38,400 nt of DNA from Actinomycetota bacterium (GTDB lineage: Bacteria; Actinomycetota; Actinomycetes; S36-B12; UBA5976). Below the pieces are notes generated by a model. That model was not told the origin of the DNA and did no database searches. It worked only from the letters and a program-made list of their open reading frames with translations. This document shows positions 17,915 to 27,800 of this stretch, in pieces. The position numbers were made by a program, and so were the translations under genes. Location: contig RFTO01000001.1 in the NCBI GenBank assembly GCA_009923375.1, positions 1 through 38,400 on the forward strand, written 5' to 3'. The stretch's first letter is position 1. Each line of letters begins with the position of its first letter.

Positions 17915-17957
17915 GAACCCCCGGCAGCTGTGTTTCATTTGTAGCTGCCGGGGGTTC
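17915..17957 (+). terminator. Strong stem-loop after hppA
   Basis: Perfect 15-bp inverted repeat GAACCCCCGGCAGCT (17915-17929) / AGCTGCCGGGGGTTC (17943-17957) with a 13-nt loop, 5 nt after the stop. There is no clear U-tract, which is common in actinobacteria. Confidence 0.7.
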
Positions 17958-18006
17958 ATCACGTGCGGCACCCGTCGCGCGTGCAAGTGAGGCGGGAGAC
18001 ATCTCG

Positions 18007-20790
18007 ATGGCGAGCTCAGCGGACAAGCCGAGTGGCAGTGTGCGACGCCTTGTCATCGTTGAGTCGCCTGCGAAGGCCAAAACGATTGAGCAATATCTCG
18101 GGCCCGGCTACACGGTTCGAGCATCAGTCGGACACATCCGCGATCTCCCAGCCCGCGCATCCCAGATTCCGGCTGAGGATCGTGCCCGGTTCGCAGCATT
18201 TGCAGGTGTCGACCCGGAGCACAACTTCGAGTTGTTCTACGAAGTCAGCCCAGATAAGACGGCGCTGATCCGCGATTTGAAGGCGGCACTAAAAGACGCC
18301 GATGAATTACTCCTGGCGACAGATGAGGATCGTGAGGGCGAAGCGATCTCCTGGCACCTGATTCAGGCGCTCAAGCCGAAAGTGCCATATAGCCGGATGG
18401 TCTTCAACGAGATCACCAAGGAAGCCATCACCGCGGCCGTGCAGAACACCCGCGAGCTGGATGTAAACCTCGTCGATGCTCAGGAAGCCCGCCGCACTGT
18501 CGACCGGTTATACGGCTACGGGGTGTCGCCCGTGTTGTGGCGCAAGATCGGCAGTGATGCTCGCAGCGCCGGCCGCGTGCAATCTGTGGCTTTGCGGTTG
18601 CTTGTGGATCGCGAGCGTGAGCGGATGCGCTTCGTCGCCGCGGCATTCTGGGATGTCACTGCAACCTGCGAGCCAGGCGCATTCTCAGCACAGCTGCGAA
18701 CTCTCGATGGCAAGGATCTTGCGCGCAGCAACGACTTTAGTGATTCAGGCGCACTGACCAAAGATCTACTTATCTTGGACGAGGCAGCCGCAGTCAGTTT
18801 GGTGGCATCGCTACAAGGAGCAACCCTGACTGTTGTCGATGTGCAGTCGCGACCCGAGGTGCGCAAGCCTCGTGCACCTTTCACAACATCCACCTTGCAG
18901 CAAGATGCCTCAAGTCGACTCAAGTGGGGCCCGCAACGCACGATGCGAGTTGCTCAGTCGCTTTATGAAAGTGGCTGGATTACATATATGCGAACCGATT
19001 CGACAAGTTTGAGCGAAACCGCGATGAAGGCCGCACGCAATGCTGTTGAGCAGATGTTCGGGGCGAATTATGCGAACCCGCGGCAATACACAAACAAAGT
19101 CAAGAATGCGCAAGAGGCGCACGAAGCCATTCGCCCTGCTGGCGATGTGTTCCGCACACCCGGCGAAGCCCGCAGCGGCCTGAATCAAGACCAGTTTCTG
19201 CTTTATGACTTGATCTGGAAGCGCACTGTCGCGTCACAGATGGCGGACGCGCGACTCGAGGCGACAACTGCGCGCCTGCAGGCGCGCACCGGTGATGGAC
19301 GGACTGCAGGCTTCGTCGCCAACGGCAGTGTGTACACCTTCCTTGGTTGGAAAGCTGCATTGGAGGATGTGGCCGATGACGAAGCCACCAAGGACAGCAG
19401 TAAAGATTCTGAAGGAACCACGAAGGACCGACGCCTACCGCCGATGAAGTCAGGCGATGCGATTGCAGTCAGTGAGATCGCCACGGCTGGCCACACCACG
19501 CACCCGCCGCGTCGCTACAGCCAGGCAGCCCTAGTCGGCGAGCTCGAGAAACGCGGCATCGGCCGGCCGAGCACCTACGCATCCATCATCACCTTGTTGG
19601 AGAACCGGGGCTATGCCATCCGCAAAGGTTCATCGCTGGTGCCGACATTCGTGGGAATCGCCATCGTGCAACTGCTCGAACAGCATTTCGGCGAGCTGGT
19701 GGATTACGACTTCACAGCGGCGATGGAGGAGCAGCTTGACGAGGTGAGTAATGGCCAGCTCACCAGACTTGCTGCACTGCGCCGCTTCTACGACGGCGGG
19801 GATGGCTTCCCGGGGCTGAAGGCGTTGCTGTCAACCTTTGGAGACATCGATGCCAGAGCGGTGTCGTCCTACCGCATCGGAACATCTGAGTTGTTCGTCC
19901 GGGTTGGGCGCTATGGCGCTTATGTGCAACGCGGTGATGATGGTGACCGTGCGAATCTTCCGCCGGATATCGAACCTGATCAACTCACCGCGCAACGCGC
20001 CGAGGAGATCTTGGCAATGCCCAGCGGCGAGCGCGATCTTGGCGCCCACCCAGATACGGGATTGCCGGTCGTTGTTCGCAGTGGGCGCTACGGCCCTTAT
20101 GTGGAGGAAGTCCTGCCTGAGTCGGATGCACCGGTTAAGCGTGGTCAGGCGAAGGCCAAGCCGCGTCGAGCGTCGTTAGCGATGGGTCTTGAGATGGACT
20201 CCGTCGAACTTGAGGATGCAGTCCGCTTACTCAATCTGCCGCGGCTCGTCGGTCAACAGGCTGAGTCGGGCCTTGATATCCGAACGAACTTCGGGCCAAG
20301 CGGTCCGTATGTGGCCTTAATGCGCGAGCCCAAGCCGGACTACCGCTCCCTAGAAGATCCTGCGCAGGTCTTCACTTTGACTCTTGAGCAAGCTGAGAAC
20401 ATCTTGGCTCAGCCGAAGGTGTTCAGGCGCGGCCAAGCCGCCGCCAAACCTGAGGTGGTTGTCGGCACAGACCCGACCACTGGCTACCGAATTTTGCTTA
20501 AAGAGGGTCGCTTCGGTCCTTATGTCACCGACGGCGTGACTAACGCATCTTTGGGAAGAGCCGATGACGCTTCCACTGTGTCGGTTGAGCGGGCCAGCGA
20601 CCTGCTAGCTGAGCGACGGATGGCTGAGCCCAGCGCCAAGAAAGCCGCTCCCCGCCGCTCTGCGCCGCGCTCGGCGTCAGGGAAGTCGACTGGAACGGCT
20701 GTCAAGAAGGCAGCATCGAAGCGCGCGCCGGCGAAGAAGACTGCTGCCAAAAAGGCTGCCCCCAAGAAACCTTCGGCCAAGACATCGTAA
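18007..20790 (+). CDS. topA: DNA topoisomerase I
   Basis: Toprim start LVIVESPAKAKTI, DEDREGE, active-site Tyr context GWITYMRTDS, and a Lys/Ala-rich basic C-terminal tail typical of actinobacterial TopA. Confidence 0.95.
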   Translation: MASSADKPSGSVRRLVIVESPAKAKTIEQYLGPGYTVRASVGHIRDLPARASQIPAEDRARFAAFAGVDPEHNFELFYEVSPDKTALIRDLKAALKDADELLLATDEDREGEAISWHLIQALKPKVPYSRMVFNEITKEAITAAVQNTRELDVNLVDAQEARRTVDRLYGYGVSPVLWRKIGSDARSAGRVQSVALRLLVDRERERMRFVAAAFWDVTATCEPGAFSAQLRTLDGKDLARSNDFSDSGALTKDLLILDEAAAVSLVASLQGATLTVVDVQSRPEVRKPRAPFTTSTLQQDASSRLKWGPQRTMRVAQSLYESGWITYMRTDSTSLSETAMKAARNAVEQMFGANYANPRQYTNKVKNAQEAHEAIRPAGDVFRTPGEARSGLNQDQFLLYDLIWKRTVASQMADARLEATTARLQARTGDGRTAGFVANGSVYTFLGWKAALEDVADDEATKDSSKDSEGTTKDRRLPPMKSGDAIAVSEIATAGHTTHPPRRYSQAALVGELEKRGIGRPSTYASIITLLENRGYAIRKGSSLVPTFVGIAIVQLLEQHFGELVDYDFTAAMEEQLDEVSNGQLTRLAALRRFYDGGDGFPGLKALLSTFGDIDARAVSSYRIGTSELFVRVGRYGAYVQRGDDGDRANLPPDIEPDQLTAQRAEEILAMPSGERDLGAHPDTGLPVVVRSGRYGPYVEEVLPESDAPVKRGQAKAKPRRASLAMGLEMDSVELEDAVRLLNLPRLVGQQAESGLDIRTNFGPSGPYVALMREPKPDYRSLEDPAQVFTLTLEQAENILAQPKVFRRGQAAAKPEVVVGTDPTTGYRILLKEGRFGPYVTDGVTNASLGRADDASTVSVERASDLLAERRMAEPSAKKAAPRRSAPRSASGKSTGTAVKKAASKRAPAKKTAAKKAAPKKPSAKTS

Positions 20791-20800
20791 GTTTGCGCGT

Positions 20801-21454
20801 ATGAAGTTTCCGATCATCGGCGAGCGTGGTGTGTTCATCACGTTCGAAGGTGGCGAGGGCGTCGGAAAGTCAACTCAGATCACCCGGCTGCGCGATGAGA
20901 TAACAGCCGCCTTTCCTTCTGTGGAAGTCGTCATCACCCGTGAACCAGGTGGAACATCGGCCGCTGAAGCTCTGCGGCATGTGGTTCTCGATCCGAGTTT
21001 TGCCCCGATGGATTCCCGAGCCGAGGCACTCGCCTTCGCCGCAGCTCGCGCCGACCATGTAGCCCAAGTAATCAAGCCAGCACTGCTGCGTGGTGCTTTG
21101 GTTTTGTGTGATCGCTACATCGATTCATCCGTTGTCTATCAAGGCGTCGCCCGCGGCCTTGGGATCAATGAAGTTGAGCAACTGTCGTTGTGGGCTACGC
21201 AAGGACTACTGCCTGACACAGTGCTAGTGCTTGATCTGCCCAGCGGCACTGGCCTTTCGCGGGTTAAGCACCCCGATCGCCTGGAAAATGCAGGTGCCAT
21301 TTTTCACAAGGCCGTGCGTGAAGGCTTCCTGATGCGGGCAGCAACAGATGCAGATCGCTACGTCGTGATCGATGCGAGCGCACCAGTCGAGGTGGTGGCG
21401 GCAAGCATTAGTGCAGCGGTTTACGACCGCCATACGGGCAGCCAGCCCATATGA
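20801..21454 (+). CDS. tmk: Thymidylate kinase
   Basis: P-loop FITFEGGEGVGKSTQ, and DRY motif in LCDRYIDSS. Confidence 0.9.
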   Translation: MKFPIIGERGVFITFEGGEGVGKSTQITRLRDEITAAFPSVEVVITREPGGTSAAEALRHVVLDPSFAPMDSRAEALAFAAARADHVAQVIKPALLRGALVLCDRYIDSSVVYQGVARGLGINEVEQLSLWATQGLLPDTVLVLDLPSGTGLSRVKHPDRLENAGAIFHKAVREGFLMRAATDADRYVVIDASAPVEVVAASISAAVYDRHTGSQPI

Positions 21455-22668
21455 GCGAGTCTGCAATCGCGACACATGTAGGCGTGTGGGCGCCACTAAT
21501 CGGTCACGATGATGTGCTGCCGCAACTCCAGCGTGCCGCGCGTGCCGCTAACGGTTCAATGTTCGACGGCGCCGCACTTGCGATGACCCACGCGTGGCTG
21601 TTCACAGGACCGCCCGGATCGGGCCGATCGATTGCCGCAACTGCGCTGGCTGGCGCATTGCAGTGTGCCGACGCTGGTTGCGGTGAGTGCGCTGCCTGCG
21701 AGTTATCCATGGCAGGCAACCACCCAGATATCGAGCATGTAGTGCCGACAGCCGTTATGTACCGAGCAGATGAAGTGCGCGCGCTAACTCAACGCGCGTC
21801 AACTCTCCCCATGGTGGGGCAGTGGCGGGTAATCGTGGTGGAGGACGCGGACCGGTTGAACGATTCAAGTGCAAATGCGTTACTCAAAGCGCTTGAGGAG
21901 CCAGCTGAGCGAACCGTGTGGATGTTGTGCGCGCCATCGGCTGCGGATGTGTTGCCGACAATCGCCTCACGATGCCGGCAAGTACACATACACACTCCAC
22001 CGCTGCAGGTTGTTGTTGATGAATTGGTGCGAAGGTATGGGATCCATGAGGCGCATGCGATGTGGGCCACTCGTGCCGCGCAGGGTCATGTCGGTCGAGC
22101 TGCCGCATTAGCCAGGGATGAACGCACGCGCGAACGGCGTTTACAGGTTCTAGCAATCCCAGGTCGGTTGACCGACTTACCCAGTTGCTTCGAAGCCGCG
22201 AAAGCGATGGTCGCGACAGCTCAGGCAGATGCAGATGCCATCGCCGCGCAGTTGGATGAGCGCGAGCAGGTCGCAGTGTTACAGGCATATGGTGAAGGTG
22301 CTGAGGGGAAAGGTCTGTCCTCGGCAAGCATCCGTGCACGCGGCGAGATCAGCCGCCTCAAGAAACAGCAGGAATCTCGAGCGCGCAGGGTGCTGCGTGA
22401 TGAATTCGACCGAGTACTGCTTGATCTGCTCGGTTTCTATCGCGATGTGTGGATGACTCAATCGGGTGTTCAACAGCCGCTGATCAACAGCGACTTATCC
22501 GAATCAATCCACCGCATCGCGCGGTCATCAAATCAAGACACATCGGTTGCGCGGATGAATGCGATGACCGCAGCAGTTGCGATGCTGCGCACAAATGCGG
22601 CGCCGCTGCTTGTATTCGAAGGTTTATTCGTGAGCGTCTGGGACACTTCCGCCGGACTGACCAGGTGA
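21451..22668 (+). CDS. holB: DNA polymerase III delta' subunit
   Basis: ATGA overlap with tmk. AAA+ Walker A GPPGSGRS, Cys cluster CADAGCGECAAC, and SRC motif in LPTIASRC. Confidence 0.88.
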   Translation: MSESAIATHVGVWAPLIGHDDVLPQLQRAARAANGSMFDGAALAMTHAWLFTGPPGSGRSIAATALAGALQCADAGCGECAACELSMAGNHPDIEHVVPTAVMYRADEVRALTQRASTLPMVGQWRVIVVEDADRLNDSSANALLKALEEPAERTVWMLCAPSAADVLPTIASRCRQVHIHTPPLQVVVDELVRRYGIHEAHAMWATRAAQGHVGRAAALARDERTRERRLQVLAIPGRLTDLPSCFEAAKAMVATAQADADAIAAQLDEREQVAVLQAYGEGAEGKGLSSASIRARGEISRLKKQQESRARRVLRDEFDRVLLDLLGFYRDVWMTQSGVQQPLINSDLSESIHRIARSSNQDTSVARMNAMTAAVAMLRTNAAPLLVFEGLFVSVWDTSAGLTR

Positions 22669-22685
22669 GTGAGGGAATTGGGTTC

Positions 22686-24305
22686 ATGTTGAAGGTTGCC
22701 AGAGTCCGGCGTTGGGGCGTGTTGTTGTGCGCCATCGCAACAGCAGGCAGCGTCGCTGCATGCACTAGCTCAATCACTTCAGCAGGGGCATCGACCACGT
22801 CAATCTCCTCAGCTCTCACGCCGAATGTGTCAACCTCTGGCAAGCCCGCAGCAAGTGTCAGCGGCGCCGGTGCAGCGTCCCTTCCACGGCCCTCATCGCC
22901 TCGCCCGTCAGCATCACTGGCGCGGTATTACTCACAGACATTGTCATGGCGCTCATGTAGCAGTGGGATGCAGTGCGCATCGCTGGTGGTTCCGGTGTCC
23001 TACGCGAATCCGAAGAAGTACGGCAACACATCGATCAACGTTGCGAAACTGCAGGCATGGGGCAAGCGCACCGGCTCGTTGGTGCTGAACCCTGGTGGCC
23101 CTGGGGGCAGCGGCATTGATTACGCGGGCGCAGGTGAAGGCGTGGTGTCATCGTCGGTGCTTGAGCACTACGACCTCGTAGGATTCGACCCCCGAGGAGT
23201 GGCGAGCAGCCATCCGATCAAATGCCTCACGGATGCGCAGTTGGACACCCTTCTGGCATTTGACGCATCTCCGGATACAGCGGCCGAAGTTACGCAGGTG
23301 ATGAAATTAGCCGACGGCATTGGTCACGGCTGCGTCAAGAATGCTCCAGTACTTTCCCGGTTCGTCGATACCGAGTCGGTTGCCCGCGATATGGATGTTT
23401 TGCGCGCTGCACTCGGAGCGAGGAAGTTGAATTACTTGGGTAAGTCCTACGGCACCTTCATCGGCTCCACATACGCTCACTTATTCCCAACGCGAGTTGG
23501 CCGATTCGTGTTGGACGGGGTGGTCGATCCGCGCCAAGGAAATGTTGGTTTAAGCAAGATGCAAGCGATGGGTTTTGAACGAGCCTTCGCGCGTTTCATC
23601 GATTACTGCTTGAGGAACGACTGCCCGCTGGGAAACACCCGCACACAGGCCCGAGCGAAGATGCTGGACATCATCGCGGCATCCGATGCGCACCCGGTGG
23701 CCACATCGCAGGCTAAACGCCCGCTGACTCAATCGCTCCTGGTCTCGGGTCTGCTCTTTGGCATGTATGACGCTTCCTACGGCTGGCAAGAGGAGTTGCA
23801 CGCCTTGCGCGGGGTGGTGAAAGGTGATGGAAGTGACATGCTGTCGATGGTCGATTGGTTCACGAGCCGGGAGAACGGTCACTTCAAGGACAACGGCAAC
23901 GAAGTGATCTACGCAGTTAACTGCATCGACCGCGCCGATCGCCCAGATGCGCCGCAGCTGAAGCGGTTGGCAGCCGACTGGAGCAAGCAGTACCCGTTCT
24001 TCGGCAGTTACCTCGCTTGGAGCATGGTCGGTTGCACTCACTGGCCTGTGCCTGCCACGGGTCGGGCCGGAGCATGGTCGGGGGGCAAGATTCCACCACT
24101 CCTCATCATCGGGAATGTGTGGGATCCAGCCACGCCGGTGGAGGGAGCCAAGTCACTCGCCTCACAGATGCCGGGTTCGGTATTCCTGCAGTGGAATGGC
24201 GACGGGCACACGGCGTATATGCAGGGGTCCCCGTGCGTGGACGACTATGTCAACAGGTTCTACCTACAAGGTGGCACACCCAAGGCAGGCACTGTCTGCG
24301 GATGA
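22686..24305 (+). CDS. Secreted alpha/beta hydrolase lipoprotein, tripeptidyl-aminopeptidase (TAP)-like
   Basis: ATG 22686 after GAGGGAA. Lipoprotein signal MLKVARVRRWGVLLCAIATAGSVAAC and nucleophile elbow GKSYGT. Has the TAP-like C-terminal region. The ORF-track start at 22449 overlaps holB and is rejected. Confidence 0.8.
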   Translation: MLKVARVRRWGVLLCAIATAGSVAACTSSITSAGASTTSISSALTPNVSTSGKPAASVSGAGAASLPRPSSPRPSASLARYYSQTLSWRSCSSGMQCASLVVPVSYANPKKYGNTSINVAKLQAWGKRTGSLVLNPGGPGGSGIDYAGAGEGVVSSSVLEHYDLVGFDPRGVASSHPIKCLTDAQLDTLLAFDASPDTAAEVTQVMKLADGIGHGCVKNAPVLSRFVDTESVARDMDVLRAALGARKLNYLGKSYGTFIGSTYAHLFPTRVGRFVLDGVVDPRQGNVGLSKMQAMGFERAFARFIDYCLRNDCPLGNTRTQARAKMLDIIAASDAHPVATSQAKRPLTQSLLVSGLLFGMYDASYGWQEELHALRGVVKGDGSDMLSMVDWFTSRENGHFKDNGNEVIYAVNCIDRADRPDAPQLKRLAADWSKQYPFFGSYLAWSMVGCTHWPVPATGRAGAWSGGKIPPLLIIGNVWDPATPVEGAKSLASQMPGSVFLQWNGDGHTAYMQGSPCVDDYVNRFYLQGGTPKAGTVCG

Positions 24306-24353
24306 GATAACCGAGGCTAAACTCTCCCTGCTCTCAGCACCTTGGGGAGTAGC

Positions 24354-24426
24354 GCCGCCTTAGCTCAGTCGGTAGAGCGTCTCACTCGTAATGAGAAGGT
24401 CGACGGTTCGATTCCGTCAGGCGGCT
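24354..24426 (+). tRNA. tRNA-Thr (anticodon CGT)
   Basis: Manual cloverleaf: acceptor GCCGCCT/AGGCGGC, D stem GCTC/GAGC, anticodon stem TCTCA/TGAGA with loop CTCGTAA, variable loop AGGTC, T arm GACGG-TTCGATT-CCGTC, discriminator T. 73 nt; CCA is not encoded. Confidence 0.93.
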
Positions 24427-24501
24427 CCGATGCGACGCGAGCGAAGCTCGCTTGGAGCAGCGGTAGTCACGCCGGAATCGGGAGGAGTCCCGTGTAGCGG
24501 G

Positions 24502-24526
24502 CGACGGCTCCGTCAGGCGGCTCCGA
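24502..24526 (+). repeat. Partial second copy of the tRNA-Thr 3' end (att-like direct repeat)
   Basis: The 18-nt TCCGTCAGGCGGCTCCGA occurs at 24413-24430 and again at 24509-24526. The second copy is preceded by CGACGG as in the T stem, but most of the T loop is missing. Confidence 0.8.
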
Positions 24527-24604
24527 ATTCCATGCCCGTCCAGGTTATTGAGGCAAACGAAATGTCGTGGAAATGACCTATCCGCGCGCCTAGGGTTGAC
24601 CCCC

Positions 24605-24730
24605 ATGATGGGAGAGCCCGACCAGTGTCCTGCGTGCGAGTCCATTCAAATGGAGCGCAGAGGCGGCAAAGATATGTGTCCGCGTTGTCATTACATCCAA
24701 CCGTGCTGCGACGGCGGGAAATGCGGCTGA
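24605..24730 (+). CDS. Hypothetical 41-aa Cys-rich zinc-ribbon-like micro-protein
   Basis: MMGEPDQCPACESIQMERRGGKDMCPRCHYIQPCCDGGKCG has two CxxC pairs plus CC and C (7 Cys). The SD is weak (AGGG, 9 nt upstream). A small hairpin CCGGG..CCCGG follows the stop. Coding status is unproven. Confidence 0.35.
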   Translation: MMGEPDQCPACESIQMERRGGKDMCPRCHYIQPCCDGGKCG

Positions 24731-24875
24731 GTAGCCCGGGGTTAGTGCCGCCCGGAAAAGTGACCAAGAAATTCGACAATTACGACAAGTTTCCGCCGGG
24801 GCAGTTCTAGCCAAGCCGGGTTTGGTGGGATAAGGTTTCCTTACCTATGTTTTCCAAAGTTAGGGAGACGCTCTC

Positions 24876-27800
24876 GTGCGATTCATGAAGCCGACCGTTA
24901 CGGCATCGACCTTTGCGACCAGACGATCAGCGACGACGCTGCGCGCCCGTGTGGCCTCATTTCTCGCGGCGGTCATCACCGTTGCAGGGATTGGTATGTC
25001 CGCGGCGGTCACGCCGGCTGCTGCTGCCGACTTACCGTCTTCAGATGCGACGCTGTCAAATCTCTCATTCACCGCAGATGGCAAGCCGCAGGGATTCTTC
25101 CCAGCATTCACGCCGACCTGGACTGAATTCTCGGTTTCTTTGCGCGCCGAGCAGCTTGCATTCGGTTGTTCATTTACGAAGAGCGACGCGGGTGCAACAG
25201 CAGTAGTGGCGCCAGCATGCAGTTCCGTCGTTTTCAGGAAAAATGTTTATGAAACCAAACTGGTCACGATCACAGTTACTGCCGCCGATGGCGTCTCGAT
25301 GTTCGTTTACAAGGTCACTGTGGTTCACAGTCTGCCGATTAGTTCGAAGGTTGCACTCAAGAACATCTCCAGCAAGGGTTACAAACTTTCACCGAAATTT
25401 GATGGCAAGAAGAGTTTGTTTTACATGATCACGACGAAGCCGCGCGCAAGCCGCGTGACGATTGGCGCATCAGCATCAGGTGCGACCAAGGCGACGACTC
25501 TCAATCCAAAGAGTTGGTCGACAAATGGTCTGAATATTGTCACGATCCAGACTAAGAATGGGAAGCTCTCTGGCGCCTACACGGTTGCCATTTTGGTGCC
25601 CGCTTATCCGACAGCGACGCAATCAAATATTCAGGATTTCAACGGCGGCTTCAGTGTCGACGTGAGCACTGCCAATGGCACCGTTGACATGAGAAAGACG
25701 ACCGCGGTACTCACACCCATGCAGAAAGCCGCCTGCTACGACCCAGGACAGCCCTCTCTTGCGACCACCAAATCTGGTGCCATTACAACCATCTACGTCA
25801 CGAACGTGGGTCCTGGATGTGCTGTCTCACTCAAAACGACAATCCTGCCAGGGCTGAACTTCCTGCCAATCGCACCGTTGGTCACTAATCGCACCGTGTT
25901 GAATCAGATTGACTGGAGTGCGACCAGCCCAGTGGGCACGTTGGATGGCTTTACTGCCGATTTCAGTGTTCTTAACGCTGAGGTGACATGTACCGTCGCG
26001 GGCTCTACGAAGAACTACTGCACATTCAGCCGAAATGCAGACGAGAACGCTCGCCGCGATGGCCAGCTGAAGTTGACAGGACAAGCACTCGACACGAACC
26101 AAACCGTCACAGTGAAGTTCACACCTGACGCAGCAACCTCACCCAAGGCACCAATCACGGTCACAGCACGAACGTTGAAGGACGTTGCTCACCTAGACCT
26201 GACGTCAACCACGGTGCAGCCAAGTGGATTCTCAGTGGGCGCGACGTTAAAGCCTGGCACGTTGGTAACGGCAAGAATCCAACTTGCGGGCGCTTCCGCA
26301 ACTTCAACTACGTGTATCAGCAAGTCCTTACCTCGCTTGCGCGAAGCAGGGTCGGACACTGCTGCGGCGACATTGGACCTCGCAAGTACCACGACTGACA
26401 AGGTCACCACTGTTTATGCAGTCGGTGTCTACACGGACTGCCTCGCGCAGATCACGATGAACGTCACGGGTAACACTGGCTATGCAACGCCCGCGACTGC
26501 AGCTGAACAACAGAAGACTGCGATTGGTACAGGTGGTGAAGCAGTTGCCAGTTTGAGTCGCTCAATTCAACGTACCGCGGACGGTTTCATCGTCACCTAC
26601 AGCACCTTCGGCGGCACCATTCCTTGCCCCACGTTGACGGATCTGAGCAGGGCAGGTCGTATCTCTGTCGCCTGTTCCGGCGGCACCATCACGGTGTCGG
26701 GAGCCCTCCCGGGTGAGACTGTCAGTTTGGACGTTGTCTTCAACACCGCTGCTGGCTTTAAAGCCCCAGTCGGCGCTTTGTCGTTCACTGGCCAGGCCAA
26801 CTTCGGGGTCGCAACTCTCAAGGCGGGTGCCGACTCCGTGAGCAAGCTCGGTGAGGGTTTCCGATTCAACGTCGCCGGAGTTCACTGCACCCCAACTGTT
26901 GAAATCAGCGATTACAACACAACATCAACACCAACAGTGAGCCTGAAGAACGGCATCGCCACTGTGGTTGGCATGAAATTTGACCCCACCAACCCGGGTG
27001 CCGATCGTGTGGCCACTGTTCTCGTCGGTTGCACGCCAGACACTGGTTATGACGCACCGGATCCTGTGTCAGTTACGGGAATGACGGCGGCCTTCAACGG
27101 TGTCTACAACATTGCGCCCCCCACGTTGACAGTGGACTGCCTCACTGTTACTTGCCCAACCTTCACTACCGTGCCGGGCACGATGACACTGCACACCTCC
27201 ATCGTGGACTGGGTGTTCCCCCCAACCTCGAAGATCGATTTCCAGTACTCGTGGGAGCGCAGCATCAAAACTGATCCAGCGCAGGTGTGCACAAGCTTTG
27301 TGACGATCCCAGGTGAGACCACTGACTTCTATATGTCGCTTCCTGCCGCATCCGATACCTGCGTACGCGCATGGGTGACTCCCATCCTGACCGATCAGAA
27401 CGGAAACATTCTCAAGGGCGACCCGGTGGCCACTAACAATGTGCCAGTTGAAGTCAAGCCAAGCTACCAGCGCATTAACGGCCTCCCTCACGTATCCGCT
27501 CCCGATGGTGCTGCCACCTTTGGAACGCCAGTAACCAGCACGATTGGCTACTGGAACGGCCTCGCTGGGGCAACGGCAACCTACAAGTGGCAACGTTGTG
27601 ATGTAACCGGAGCAGCCAGTCTCGAGGAGGCGCAGACGACGAAGCCAGATCAACCGCAACCGTCGATCCTGACCAACTGTTCATCACATTGGACTGACAT
27701 CGATCCGAAAACACACCCAACCGCGACATCGCAGACCATGTATGTCTCGGAGGATCAGATTGGCACGAATTTGCGTGCTGTTGTAACAGTGACTAATGCT

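Noticed and set aside
24431-24526. Possible second tRNA, SRP RNA or tmRNA fragment downstream of tRNA-Thr
   Set aside because: No matching 5' acceptor strand (GCCGCCT) and no D or anticodon arms. It contains CCGGAA and GAGCAGC strings, but in the wrong order and context for the SRP helix-8 motif (GGAA loop followed by GGAAGCAGC). Better explained as an att-type duplication of the tRNA 3' end.
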